A stretch of DNA of 64,000 nucleotides from contig NC_087252.1 in assembly GCF_037042905.1 (NCBI RefSeq), forward strand, positions 12,588,001 through 12,652,000. Reading direction: 5' to 3'. The notes beneath the pieces are model-generated. The model ran no database searches, was not told the DNA's origin, and was given only the letters and a program-made list of their open reading frames with translations. This DNA is from Lytechinus pictus (lineage: Eukaryota). Positions 25,244 to 37,229 of this stretch are shown one piece after another (the first letter of the stretch is position 1; the number at the start of each line of letters is the position of its first letter). A program made the translations under genes and the position numbers.

Positions 25244-28200
25244 TGTTAATTGCAGATCCAATGGGACCAAGTTCTTACTTAGCAGTTCACACCCAGTCAG
25301 AAGGACAAAATTGAGAACCATGCAGATCAGCAAGTGTGAGTTACAATCTAATGAGGAACAAGATATCTGAATGGGAAAATTGCAAGGTATGCTTGTTGTT
25401 TTAATAATAATACAGGCTGTATCTAAGCTCATAACCCCCCCCCCCAAAAAAAAAAGGTCTAAATAAATAAATATTCCCCCTTTTGGAGGGAGGGGGGCTA
25501 CGGCCAATTGAGTTGAATCAAGATAAGATATAAAATTAAAGCTCCATTTAGAGTTAACATTTGTTTGAATTCAGATTCACCAGTATTTCCATTTTCACCA
25601 ATGCATACTAATTATACATACCTTCTGTCTATATACATGTACATAAAATCACGATATTAACAGTTATCATCTGATAAATACTTGAATTAATTTGCACTCT
25701 TTATTATTAAAACATACTGTAAAAAGTCCTCTTAATAACCTGGACTAGATGAGTAAGAATAATTGGTTACAGCCCGATAGACCGCGGGTCCGTTAGACCG
25801 CGGGTCCGATAGACCGCGGGTCCGATAGACCGCGGGTCCGATAGACCGCGGGTCCGATAGTCCGCGGGTCCGATAGACCGCGGTGTGTGTAAAATTATGA
25901 TCAGGATCTAGTGAATTCCAATGTCATCAAGAGGTCAAAAGGTCAATGATACGAGTTCATGGGGTTCTATAACGATGACCTACAGGACAATCGCCCCCTG
26001 ACATCTACTTCAAGGAAAATATCATCCCCATATTTTTATCGTCGGGGATTGTTACCCCACCCCCCCCCCCCCCGGAAATTTACCCTCTAGACGCCATACG
26101 GAGCCTCTAAAATGCCATCGACTTGACGACATGGCGACTAAATAAGCATATTATGTCCGCATGGCGAGATACGTTATCCTGCCAAGTCAGTCTACTTATA
26201 AAAGTAGCGGAAGCGGTGGGGGGGGAGACCTTTCCCCCTAAATTTGAGGTGGGGGACGGTCCCCCCTAGATTTTTAGTTGAGAACCTTTTTTTTTGCTTG
26301 TCAAAAAATGTTGATGGTCCCTACGACAATTTTGGTTGATTTGCTTGTCAAATGTTTACCTGTGTCCATCCCAAAATTTCAAGTGGACCCCGTAAATGTT
26401 TTACCTTCCGCCGCCAATGATTAATTAAGACATGGTAAGATAAAGTACCACGCCATGTCGTCACGTTGATGGCATTTTCACGGCTCCGTACAAGGGGTAA
26501 TTATCTGAGGTAATTGTCTGGAGGGTAAATTTCCGGGGGGGGGGGGGGGTAACAGTCCCCGGCGGTAAAAATATGGGGATAATATTTTCCTTGAAGTAGT
26601 TGTCAGGGGGTGATTGACCTAATTGGGTTACTGTTATAGAACACAGGCGCGGATCCAGGATTTCGTGGGGAGGGGGGGGGGGGGGCAAATTTTACCTGAT
26701 GTTTGGCGTCCGTGTGTACTTTTCGAGAAAAAAATGGCGCCCACTCCCTCCTGGCCAGGCTAACCTAAATGCCTTAAATGGATTTTGAATTATCTTATAA
26801 TCACATTAAAAAAATATAAAGAACACTTTTTAATGTGTTCTTGAAAAAAAATCCATAAATATATAATGTAATATCAATGGGAGCGCGAAGCACGAGTGGT
26901 TTTGGGGGCTTTCAATTTGGTTTAACTACTTACCAATGTAGGCACTACTAGAATATTGTGTGAACCCGAGCTGTATGGTTTATGTACTGTTGGTTTAGTA
27001 TACCCTTCAATAATATTAATGATAACCTCTTGGGAATAATGCAATCTCGACTTATTCTCCTTATCAGTGGCGTATTTATTCAGCATGGGTGCACGGGGGG
27101 GGGGGGGGGGGTGGCGAGGGCACCAAGATATAAAAAATAAATGAAATGGAAAGGTGGTAGACGTTAAAGAAAATCTGAGATTTTATTCTTAAAAACACAT
27201 TGAGGTATCTCACAAGGCCTAAATAAATAATGAGAACGCGAAGCGCGATCTTATTTTTTTATTTTTCCTGTATTTTTCCTGAAAGCCTAAGTCAGGGGCG
27301 GACCCAGCTTCCGCCTATTGGGGGATGGGCCATTTTTTTTCACCCATATTTTCCCCGATCGGCGGCTCAAAGTTGATTTTTTTTCTTTGAAGGGGTTGTC
27401 CCAGTGGTGTAATGAGCCAATAATTTCGATGGGGCTCGATATGGCGTATCGCATAAAATTGATAAGAAGTTGCCAGTGAGCGAAGCGAGCAAGCAAATAT
27501 GTTGACATTTCTATTACAAGAATACAAGGTTGTGATATATTTTGACATAATATTTGGAAAATAATATTATATTTCATCCTCGTCCCTTTCCTTTTCTCTC
27601 TATTTTTTCTTAGTCTTGATTCTCTCCTTTTTTTGGGGGAAGGCAAAACGCCCATGTCCCAACAGTCATTTCCTAGATTTAATTTATAAGCAACATAATG
27701 CGAGCGCGAAGCGCAAGCTGAACATTTTTGATATTCCAATCTAAAAAGATGAGATTTCAAATCACCCAATGGGATATTCGATTCATGTCTGTCAATCATG
27801 AAAAAGGATGGGTAATTTTTGGTGTCTTCCTACAATAAAATTTTTGATATTCTGATTCGAAACTGGATAATTTTAGCACGTTTTGAATAAGATCAAGCTT
27901 TGTATCTCAAAAAACATGCGTGCGCGTGTTTTAGAGTTAGACAGAATCCTGGCAATCTGAATACATTTCATTTTTCATCATAAAAATCAATAATGCGAGC
28001 GCAGAGCCCGAGCTGAAAATAACATGAAATTCCGATATGAAAAGGGTCAATTTAAGCACTGTGTACAGCACTGTGTATATAGGGAAATTTGATAGCAATA
28101 TATAAATAATGCGAGCGCGAAGCGCGAGCTGATATTCTATTATTATTTTGACCTAGGATCAAGACATTTTAGGCCTAAAGACATTTTGTCATCATATAGG

Positions 28201-29740
28201 AATAAAGACTATCTTCTATTTCTTTTCCTAAAACGTGTTAATATTTATTTCTGAAAAAGGGACAATTTAGTTATTATGAATTCATACAAATTTTATTTCA
28301 TATTTACTAATCTGTTAAACCTAATGAGTGTGTGAAATTTGTTGACAGTGCATGAGGCCTGAAAACTGGATATTTTAAGTATTTTTTGTAATCATGAATA
28401 GGATTCATTGGTTGATATATTTTTAGCAAATAATGCGAGCGCAAATCGCGATCCGGATTTTTTTAATGAGGGGATTTAAGTAGGTTGTTATAGAATTAAT
28501 ATATAGGTATACATAACTCACCAATCAAAATGCGAGCGCACAACGCTAGCTCATAGGCCTTTATTATTTTTTACGATCGAGACACCTGAAAAGGTATATT
28601 TAGAGAATCTTATATGAAATACAAAAATACAATAGGTAGGCCTACTTGACAAATAGTGCGAGCGCTCAAAATGTTGCAAATGTTGATTCAAACCATAAAA
28701 CGGACATTTTCCAGAGCACTTAAAAACATAAATTGGTAAATAAAACAAAATGAAAGATCGATGTCCGAGCTGAATTATGTTTTGTATATTGATATCAAAA
28801 CTTGATAACTACATATCAGCCTATTGAGCAAGATATGTATCTCATCGAACAGGCAATGCGAGCGCGATGCGCGACCAAAACTTTAATATAGTGACATTAA
28901 ATATTTAAAAAAATTGTTTTCCAAGTCTTCTCCTGACCTTGTTTTATTCACTCGTCTTCCTCCTTTTATGTTTCGTCGTCTTTTGTCTCCTTTCTTTCCC
29001 TCGTTTTTCCCAATTTATTTGGTCTGTCAATAGGGGGAGGTTGCCCTTAGGTCGCCTCGATCCGCGTATGTTAGTAGTTGTTATGATGAACACGATGCAT
29101 ATTTTTAAGAAATGAATGCGACCGCGAAGCGCTAGCTGAAAACTTTTATAATGATTAAAGGAAAAATACATTTTCAGTTGTCAGGTTAGAATATCAAATA
29201 TTTTCAGCTTGTGCTTCTCGTTCGCATAAAAATCTGTAAGGTCGGGATGCGTATATGACTAAACAATTTATTGATGCCAGCGCGAAGCGCGAGCTCAATT
29301 TTTTACATACTGACTTAAGAAGGACTAAGGTATAATTCCTATTCTAATTGTCCCTTTTCTCTTTTTTTTTCTGTTTCTTACTCTTTTTGCGCCACCAGGG
29401 GGGGGGGCAAAATCATTGCCCCCTTGATCGGCCTATGTATGTTGACTTGAAAAACACTAACACTTACATGTGGGATTGAAGCAGAGGACGCATACCTCAT
29501 TAATCAAATATTGTGAGCGCGTAGCGCGAGCTGAATTTGATAATAACCCTTTTTGTGACCCTGAACAGGGTATCTATCTCGCTAAACAGACTTAAAACTC
29601 GAAAATATTGTATTTCAAGTCAGCCGCATTAATTTAAGTTTTTTTGGGCAGGACATATATTTCACTATAAACAGGCAATACGAGCAATGTTGCGCCCCCG
29701 GTCGAAAATGAATTTGCATGAAGCCCTCTAATTTCAAGGT

Positions 29741-29870
29741 CAATTTGGTGCCCCGCTAGATCGAACATCAATTCGGCGCTCCCATAGTTCGAACATCAAT
29801 TTGGCGCCCCCTCCCAGTTCAAACATCAGTTCGGCGCCCCATAGTTCGAACGTCATTTTGGCGCCATCAA
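29741..29870. repeat. ~29-bp minisatellite (TTCGAACATCAATTTGGCGCCCC..), about 4 copies
   Basis: Direct inspection. Confidence 0.75.
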
Positions 29871-29889
29871 ATCGACGTTCAGGTCAACA

Positions 29890-30665
29890 TCTTCCTCTTC
29901 CGTTTCCCATCTCGTTTTTTTTTCTTCTTTCTCTTATCCTCATTCCCCTTCCTTCCTTTCTCTTTCTTTCTCTGTTTCTTTCCCCCTCTTCCTTTCCCCC
30001 TTTTTTTCTCTTTTCCCCCTCTTTTTTTCCCCCTTTTCTTCTCTTTTTTCTGTCTTTTCTTTCCCCATTTTCCTTTCTCTTTTCTCGTTTTTCCTCTCTT
30101 CCCCTATCTATCTCTTTTTTCTTCTCTTTTCCTCTCTCTCTTTTCTTATCTTTCTTCCCATCTTCCTCTCTCTTTAAATATTATTATCTTCCTTCCTCTT
30201 TTTTCTTCTTCTTTTCCCCCTTTTCCTTACTCCGTTCTTTTCTTTCTTTTCCCTCTTCCACTTTTTATTCTTTCCCCCTTTACTACTACCTTTTTCTTTC
30301 TCTTTCCTTTCCCCTTTTTTCTCTTTTAATATTTTTTCTTCTCTCCCTCCCCTTCCTCCCTCTCTCTCTTTCTTCTCTTCTTTTCCCCTCTTCCTCTCTT
30401 TCTCTTTTGTCTTATCTTTCTTCCCATTTTCCTCTCTATTTAAATATTCTTCTCTTCCTTCCTCTTTTTTTCTTCTTTTCCCTCCTCTCTTTTTTTCTCT
30501 TCTTTCCCCTTTTCTTCTCCCTTTTTCTTTGTCTTTCCTTTCCCCTTTTTCTTCTCTTTTTTTCTTCTCTTCCTTTCTCCTTACTCTCTTTTCTATTCTC
30601 TTCTTTTCCCATCTTCCTCTTTCTTTTTTTATTCTTTCCCTTTTCCCCTCTACCCCCTCTTTTTT
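29890..30665. repeat. Polypyrimidine/polypurine low-complexity tract
   Basis: ~780 bp almost entirely C/T on plus; source of the F/S/L-rich and K/R/E-rich spurious ORFs. Confidence 0.95.
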
Positions 30666-30788
30666 GAGCTGGGGGTGGGGGTGAGGCAATTCCCCCTCGT
30701 CCCCCCCTCCATGCATCCGCACCTGATAGAACCCCATGGCCTCGTATCATTTGACCTTTGGACCTCTCGATGACAATTGATATATCTG

Positions 30789-30933
30789 GGGCCCGTTGCA
30801 GAAAGAATTGCAATCAATCGCAACTCTAAAAATCATGCGCAAGTCCCATATGCGCGTTGTTGATTGGTCGAAAATCAAATTGCGCATGATTTTTTGAGTT
30901 ACGATTGATTGCAACTCTTTCTGCAAAGGGCCC
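30789..30933. mobile_element. Harbinger-type hairpin MITE
   Basis: ~54-bp TIR GGGCCC(G/T)TTGCAGAAAGA..; CTG TSD; absent from the left arm of the host foldback element. Confidence 0.85.
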
Positions 30934-33786
30934 CTGATCATAATTTTACACACACTGCGGACTATCGGACCCGCGGACTATCGAACCCGCGGTCTATTGG
31001 ACCCGCGGACTATCGGACCCGCGGTCTATCGGACCCCCGGTCTAACGGACCCGCGGTCTATCGGACCCGCGGTCTAACGGACCCGCGGTCTATGGGGGTG
31101 TCCCCGAATAATTTACAACACCAGCTTATTTTGTTCTGTTCTCTATTTTTACCATGCAGGTTTCCCACTTCCCAAGCTGTTTAAGTGCTGGTATCACATC
31201 AAGTGCCAAGACGGAAGAGAGGCCAAGTTAATGAAAGTAGTTACTTCATTGCAAAACACATTAAAAATGAATTAATTTGAATAGATATATTAACAAAACT
31301 TTGAATGTTCTTTAACCTGCACATCTGTAGAAGAGTCCAGTACAAGTTCAGGTTCATCAACAAACAATGACATTATAGTATACAAAATTTCACACAAAAT
31401 AAGAATTTTTTTTTCCAGTGGGCAAATGTATCACCTTTTATTGATTTTTACTACTACTAGTTCTTAGTAGTTTTCATTAAATTAATTATGATTTCCAGTT
31501 TAAAGGCCTATTGTATACAAGACAAAAAATTATATTTTGAAATAAAAATCATGCATAGATAAATGTTAATAAAGGTGATCAGAGGATTAGGAAATAATAT
31601 TAGTATCACCCATGGACCTCATTTCATAAAGAAGTTATTGCTATTGTAATTTTGTCATTATGACAATTACCATGGTAACAGGGCTGAGCAAGAAATCAAG
31701 GTTTTTATTGTAGCTGCAACGGGCTTGGACAAAGTTACCATAATCATAATGCTTGAATAATTATGTAGGGATATTAAGTTGCATTTATTGTTATGTTACT
31801 TTTTAAAAAGTTTTGAAATTGGTTACCTCTGTCAAAAAAATATAAATAGACTATATTTAAAAAAAAAAGATTGAATTCTAACCACAGTGACAGTAAACAA
31901 TATCAAATTTTGTGAATGATTCACTTATGTATTGATTGGGAAAGGCACTCTTTGGAGATTCTGGAATTATGCCCCCTTTCTTATGAGGAGAGCTCTCACA
32001 TCAGTAGAATATTTTTTGTCAGCAAAATTGAAAGAAATTTACCTTTTTTTGTGACAAACTTTTGTGGAAAAAATAAACAGAATATCACAGATTTTTATGC
32101 TATTTTATGAAATCCTGGATGCATCCCTCATATTAGTTATTAGGCTCATCGACATCTTTTGAATGAAATTTTAATAAACATTTTATATTATGACTTAAGT
32201 GTAGAAAAATGTACTTAATCCTATATATTTAAAAAAAATAAGATTTAATACTTGGTAGACTCCGGGGATAGACTCTAATTATTATTGTTTTGTTATTATT
32301 CTGAAAATGTTCAATATTTTAGAAAATGGATTCCTTAATAAACGTAATATTGAATTATTATTATCTGATCTTGGTCATTTTCATTTATTAATCACTAATT
32401 TGTGACCGAAATTTTTTATACACAAATGGCACAAGATGCACTCTGTACTGAAATGTGATGATGCTTCTGTGACATCATGAGAGCAAACATCAGTTAATTA
32501 AATTATTCTTAAAGAGAAATAAGGATAAGAGTGGGAAAGGAAGTAAATGACAGGATAATTCTTTGCCTTTATGCATAGTTGTGTGTGTCAGTTTCTGAGA
32601 AAGAGAGAAGGGGCAGGAGATGGGGGGGGGGGGGGCAGTTAGTGAAAGTTCAGTTTGTTTTTGGAAGAAGCAATTATAAGACCTTACTGTTCATGATGGG
32701 TATACGGGGGGGGGGGGGGTTAACTCTACAAAATTTGGAACCTGTATATAAAAATTACACCAGATTCATTTTCAGTTGAAAATAAAAAAGAAATATCCTA
32801 TAGCCTACGATCGGTTTGCTCTCTTGCCTAGATAATTTTGAGAATCCCTCTAAAATATTGTACTTAGGTCATGGTTATTGATATATGATAATGACATAGG
32901 GGTCGCCATTTAAAATCAAGTGCTCCTGACTGCTATTCATAATATGACCTATATTGGAGACTATACAATTATTATGTAAAAGAATTTGATTTGTTCTTAT
33001 TTTTGGTCAAATTATGAAATAAAGGTTCATTTTGTTTTCTGCAAGAAAAAGAAAAGATTAAAAAATAAATAAGGGCTTCAGAAACATAAAGAGATGTCAT
33101 CGTAATTACATTCAACCATTATTGTCAACCGAGGAACACTTACACGATTTAAGGGGAAATCATTATGGCAACATTTTCTTTGGGAACCTCTTCTGTCATA
33201 TAAATAGTGAATGTAATAATGTAATGAAAATGGTATGAAAAGAGGGCAAATCAAGTTCAATTAAAATCCCTCTCATAAAGTTTCCAGTTATTGCCTTAAC
33301 AAAGATCCTGGCCACTTGCAGCTAAAATAAATCAAAGATGCAGTAATAATCGTGACAGGCAAGAACAAATAGATCGATAAAAATATATTACTCTTAGGAG
33401 AAAAAAAAGAATGAATGAATGACATGATGTATTATATTCACAGACACCAACGATATTCAATCAGGTCGCGCATTATGCTAATTAGTGACAAAATGCTAAT
33501 TTACATATTTTTACGCTATGCGCGAAGGACGTTCCATGACCACGCCTCCATTTCGCTGGTGTACCAAAACAGTGGCGGTGTCCATAGACTTGTACATGAA
33601 AAATGGGAGCAGTGTGCACTTTTGACACTCCAAAATTTTCTTCAATTCTGACCGGATGCAGAAGCAGAGTTTCACCCCCCCCCCCTGAAGGTAATGGTCA
33701 CTGATGCGTAAAACAACGTTTGAATTATCAGAGATGGTACCCTTAGCAAACTCTGAAAATATGAGACCATAATGATTGAAAACCAG

Positions 33787-35370
33787 GGGCGGTATTCTGA
33801 GGTCATTTTATCTTTAAAATATTTTATTTTATCTCTTGAAATGAAATTAGTATTCTGAGATGCCCTCTCTCAGATAAAATTAAAAAAATTATCTTGCGTA
33901 TAAATTTCATCTTGCGTACATATGATGATACGCAACAGAGCAGTACCTGTGTAGACATACCCATCGCGTATCTGGACATTGCAACGCGGGTGATATGCTT
34001 GCACCCAAGGTACTTGGTAGGGGCTATTTTATCTCCGCGACGTAGATTTCGTCAATATTCATAGGTGAATTAACTCCACCTTAAAGTTATTCCTGTACAA
34101 TTAGGAAGTATTTCATAAGACTTTTCTTGACTAATATTGTCTTTGAAATGATGCTTGAAAAGATGCGAAATAGACTTCGAAAAAAAAATGAGAGTATTGC
34201 AATTTTTGTTAAAAATAAATCTCTGAAAGACGCGCAAGCGCATAGTGCAAGCGTATTTGAAGTCAATAATACCGTATTTACACTTATACCGTGTTTACAC
34301 TTAATCGGCATTTGGTTCTGAACCAAATGCCGATGCAGAATCGGCATTTGGATTGCGTTTACACGATGTTACAGCTCGCGGTTCAGAACCGCGAGCCGAT
34401 GCAAAAACCTGAAATGATACGCATACATACAATATACGTCATAATAAAGACAACGCTGGATCAGTGCGCTTACAATTACGTCACAATGATAAAGTAATTT
34501 AAATGCGCACAAATTGCCGGTGCAGAATCGGCTTTCTGTTTACACGTAGTAAAATTGCCGATTCTGCATCGGCTCGCGGTTCAGAACCTACTACTTTGGT
34601 GGTGCAAATTGCCGGTTCTGAACCGCGAGCCGATTCAAGTTACTCGCGTTTACACGTTGTGAAAAAGCCGATGCAGCATCGGCTCGCGGTTCAGAACCGC
34701 GAGCCGATTCAAATGCCGATTAAGTGTAAACACGGTATTAATCAGCTTTTGGTTAGCGTTTACACGTTGTTGCAGCTCGCTGTTCAGAACCACGAGCCGA
34801 TGCAAAAACCTTAAATGATACGCACACCAACAATATACGTCATAATAAAGACAACGCTGGATCAGTGCGCTTACAATTACGTCACAATGGTAAAATTAAA
34901 TGCGCACAAATTGCCGATGCAAAATCGTCTTTCTGTTTACACGTAGTAAAAAATCCGATTCTGCATCGGCTCGCGGTTCAGAACCTATTACTTTGGTGGT
35001 GCAAATTGCCGGTTCTGAACCGCGAGCCGATGCAAGTTACTCGCGTTTACACGCTATGAAAAAGCCGATGCAGCATCGGCTTTTTCAAATGCCGATTTAT
35101 GCCTTTTTCAAATGCCGATTAATTGTAAACACGGTATTGATTGACGCAATCCCACGTTGTTGCCACACCTCCTAGCGGAATGGATTTCTATTGGTTGAGT
35201 GACATGAGAGAGCTACAAAAGCGCATTTGGAATTGGATAATGATTTAAAATAGGTGTGTTTTACAGAATACCTTTTCGGAGAGATTTTAAGGGTATTTTA
35301 TCTCACCGATTTTAACGGAGATAAAATATTTTATTTTATCTGAGATAAAATGGATCTCAGAATACCACCT
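33787..35370. mobile_element. Harbinger-like non-autonomous element
   Basis: TIR (G/A)GG(C/T)GGTATTCTGAG..CATTTTATCT; 3-bp TSD CAG/AAG. Confidence 0.75.
34270..35136. mobile_element. Two nested copies of one Tourist/Harbinger-type MITE
   Basis: Inner copy 34287-34737 (TACCGTGTTTACACTTAATCGGC TIR, TTA TSD) sits in the left TIR of the outer copy. Confidence 0.8.
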
Positions 35371-36032
35371 AAGGAAGTTATGGCCATTGGTAATGGTCAC
35401 TGATGCGTAAGAAAAACATATGGATTATAAGGAATGATACAATAAGCACACCCTAAACATTTTAGACCAAAATGAATGAAAACAAGGAACTTATGGCCAT
35501 TTAAGTATTTCTTTAGTTTGGAATAGAGGGCGCTATTTCTAAATGTAATGGTCACTGATGCGTAAAAGGCATATGGAAAATGAGGGATGATATCATAAGT
35601 CAGCCCTGAAAATATAGGACCAAAATGATTGATAACAACAAAGTTATTGTTATTTTACTATTTGTTGACTTTGCAATAGAGGGCGCTATTTGTAAATTTG
35701 ATAGTCACTGATGCGTAAAAATTAGTTGATTTGTGTAAAATGATACCATTAGTAAACTTTGAAAATATGAGACCGAAATGAATAAAAACGATGTAGTTAT
35801 GGCTATTTTACGATTTTCCTGCTATGCATTTCAATCAATATGAACATTTTGAACGTAGACTATCTTTTATTTGAATTTAGAGTACGAAGACGGTATTTTG
35901 TTCCAACTTACTGGGTTTTTTTAGTTCCAACATATTTGTCGGTAAATTTCAATTAAACTTGACACTTTTATTGGTAAATTGTGATTTTTTAGCATTGCGA
36001 CTTTTAGAGCTCTCTGTAACGATAGTGAGGAT

Positions 36033-37167
36033 CATGGACCTATTACGAATGGACATTCAAAGAGCATGACGAGAGCATTTTATGACTACCACCTGTTTCC
36101 AGCTGTCAAAATCGCTGTCTACCCCTTTATTTTCTCTTTACGCGGTTCTTTTGACGACCGCCCGGGGTGATTGTTTACGCAAGGTCCTTTCGGCCATTTT
36201 TTTTTAACAAGTCCACACCTAGTTTCAAGAATGCATATAGCATTTTCCATTTATTTACATGATAAAAGAGCACTGCTTTGCTCACGGGCATAGGTGACGT
36301 GGCTGAGGATCAAACCCTGGCGGACTTTCAAATGTATAGACCACTCGGCCACGGCACCACAGCCATTGATCGTCACCGATCGATCACTGGCCCTCTTTTG
36401 ACCAAAGACGGTCATGTTTTAGCCCCGATTGCCAACAGGGAAAGTCCCTACATTACCTAGAATGCAATGCGCAATTCATATCCGTTTTTCAGTACATGCT
36501 TATAGACTGTCTGTAATGTGCGATTGTCGTCTGACCATAAAAAAAAATCACATTAAGTTTCATAAATCCTGTGGAATTTTACGCCGAAATGAAAATCAAC
36601 TTCTGGGCTCCGTACCACAAAGGTTTGCGATGAATTGCAAATATGAAAGAACCGCACTGATTGGTCCCTGGTCAGTATTTTAAACCCTATGCGCGTGATT
36701 GATCGCTAATATTTGTGTTACGGAGCCCTGACCGAAGGTAAGCGCTACTATCGACATCAATATTGTCCGAAATAGATGCATTTTTAAAGGGTTTTTTAAC
36801 GTCATATTTCAACTGCATCTTTGCCGTAAATATACTGATCTCAAGGTGATGTCAATGCATTTTATGTGCGGTTATTTGCGATGTACGTAAAAAATACGTT
36901 TATGCACGCCTGTTTTCTTGTTTCTGCAATCATTTTCATAGCGCTAACGTTCACTGCTGTGCGTTGCTTTTGATAAAGTGAACGAACACCATCGCAATGG
37001 GTAAAAGCAGCGCACAAGTGATTTCCGCTGTCCATCAGTGATAGCGTGTTTTGCGACCGGCTTGATGGCCGTGAGCTGCCAGCGCTCTGTTTATAAAAGG
37101 ATTAGCGGTGACAGTCTTTGGCCTAAAGGAGGGGATTCGTTGAATGTCCATTTGTGATAGGTCCATG
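36033..37167. mobile_element. P/Galileo-like non-autonomous element
   Basis: ~30-bp TIR CATGGACCTAT..ATGGACATTCAA; 7-bp TSD TGAGGA(T/C). Confidence 0.75.
36293..36358 (-). pseudogene. tRNA-derived (Leu/Ser-like) head with anticodon arm deleted; SINE-head remnant
   Basis: A box TGGCCGAGTGG, B-box-like GGTTTGATCC, acceptor-like GGTGCCG/CGTCACC, downstream TTTT. Confidence 0.5.
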
Positions 37168-37229
37168 TGAGGACGGAATGGGCTGACCAGGGACCGGAAA
37201 AAGGTAGAGAACTGTAATTATAACAATAA

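Larger units (their letters stand above)
26644..30725. mobile_element. hAT-like non-autonomous element (4.1 kb) carrying a GCGAGCGCGAAGCGCGAGC motif array and a polypyrimidine tract
   Basis: TIR CAGG(C/T)GCGGAT; 8-bp TSD ATAGAAC(A/C) (26636-43, 30726-33). Confidence 0.75.
25765..31105. mobile_element. Foldback (TU-like/MULE-like) element whose right TIR is split by two later insertions
   Basis: 8-bp TSD GAATAATT (25757-64, 31106-13); outer TIR domain of 16-bp tandem TAGACCGCGGGTCCGA; inner TIR 25890-26140 pairs with 26450-26643 + 30726-30788 + 30937-30955. Confidence 0.85.
33690..35830. repeat. ~155-bp tandem repeat (GTAATGGTCACTGATGCGTAA units at ~33691, 35390, 35545, 35700), interrupted by a Harbinger element
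   Basis: Direct unit alignment; the unit at ~35471 gives the empty site AAAACAAGGAACTTATGG. Confidence 0.75.

Noticed and set aside
25776..25885. CRISPR-like regular repeats (also 26880-29530, 30955-31095, 37230-38730, 48134-49500)
   Set aside because: Head-to-tail tandem repeats or mutually homologous spacers inside eukaryotic transposons; no cas genes
29801..30813. 288-aa, 187-aa and 125-aa ORFs
   Set aside because: Translations of a C/T-only tract that lacks stop codons for compositional reasons
33144..33192. Additional minus-strand exon (acAG..GTAAGT, 49 nt)
   Set aside because: Stop in phase 0, not frame-compatible with the four-exon module, and no paralog support
34087..35175. Duplicated 60-100-aa ORFs
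   Set aside because: Products of palindromic MITE copies
36940..37040. THAP-like CAAFTHC remnant in the P-like element
   Set aside because: Short, followed by a stop, and lacks the other THAP signature residues
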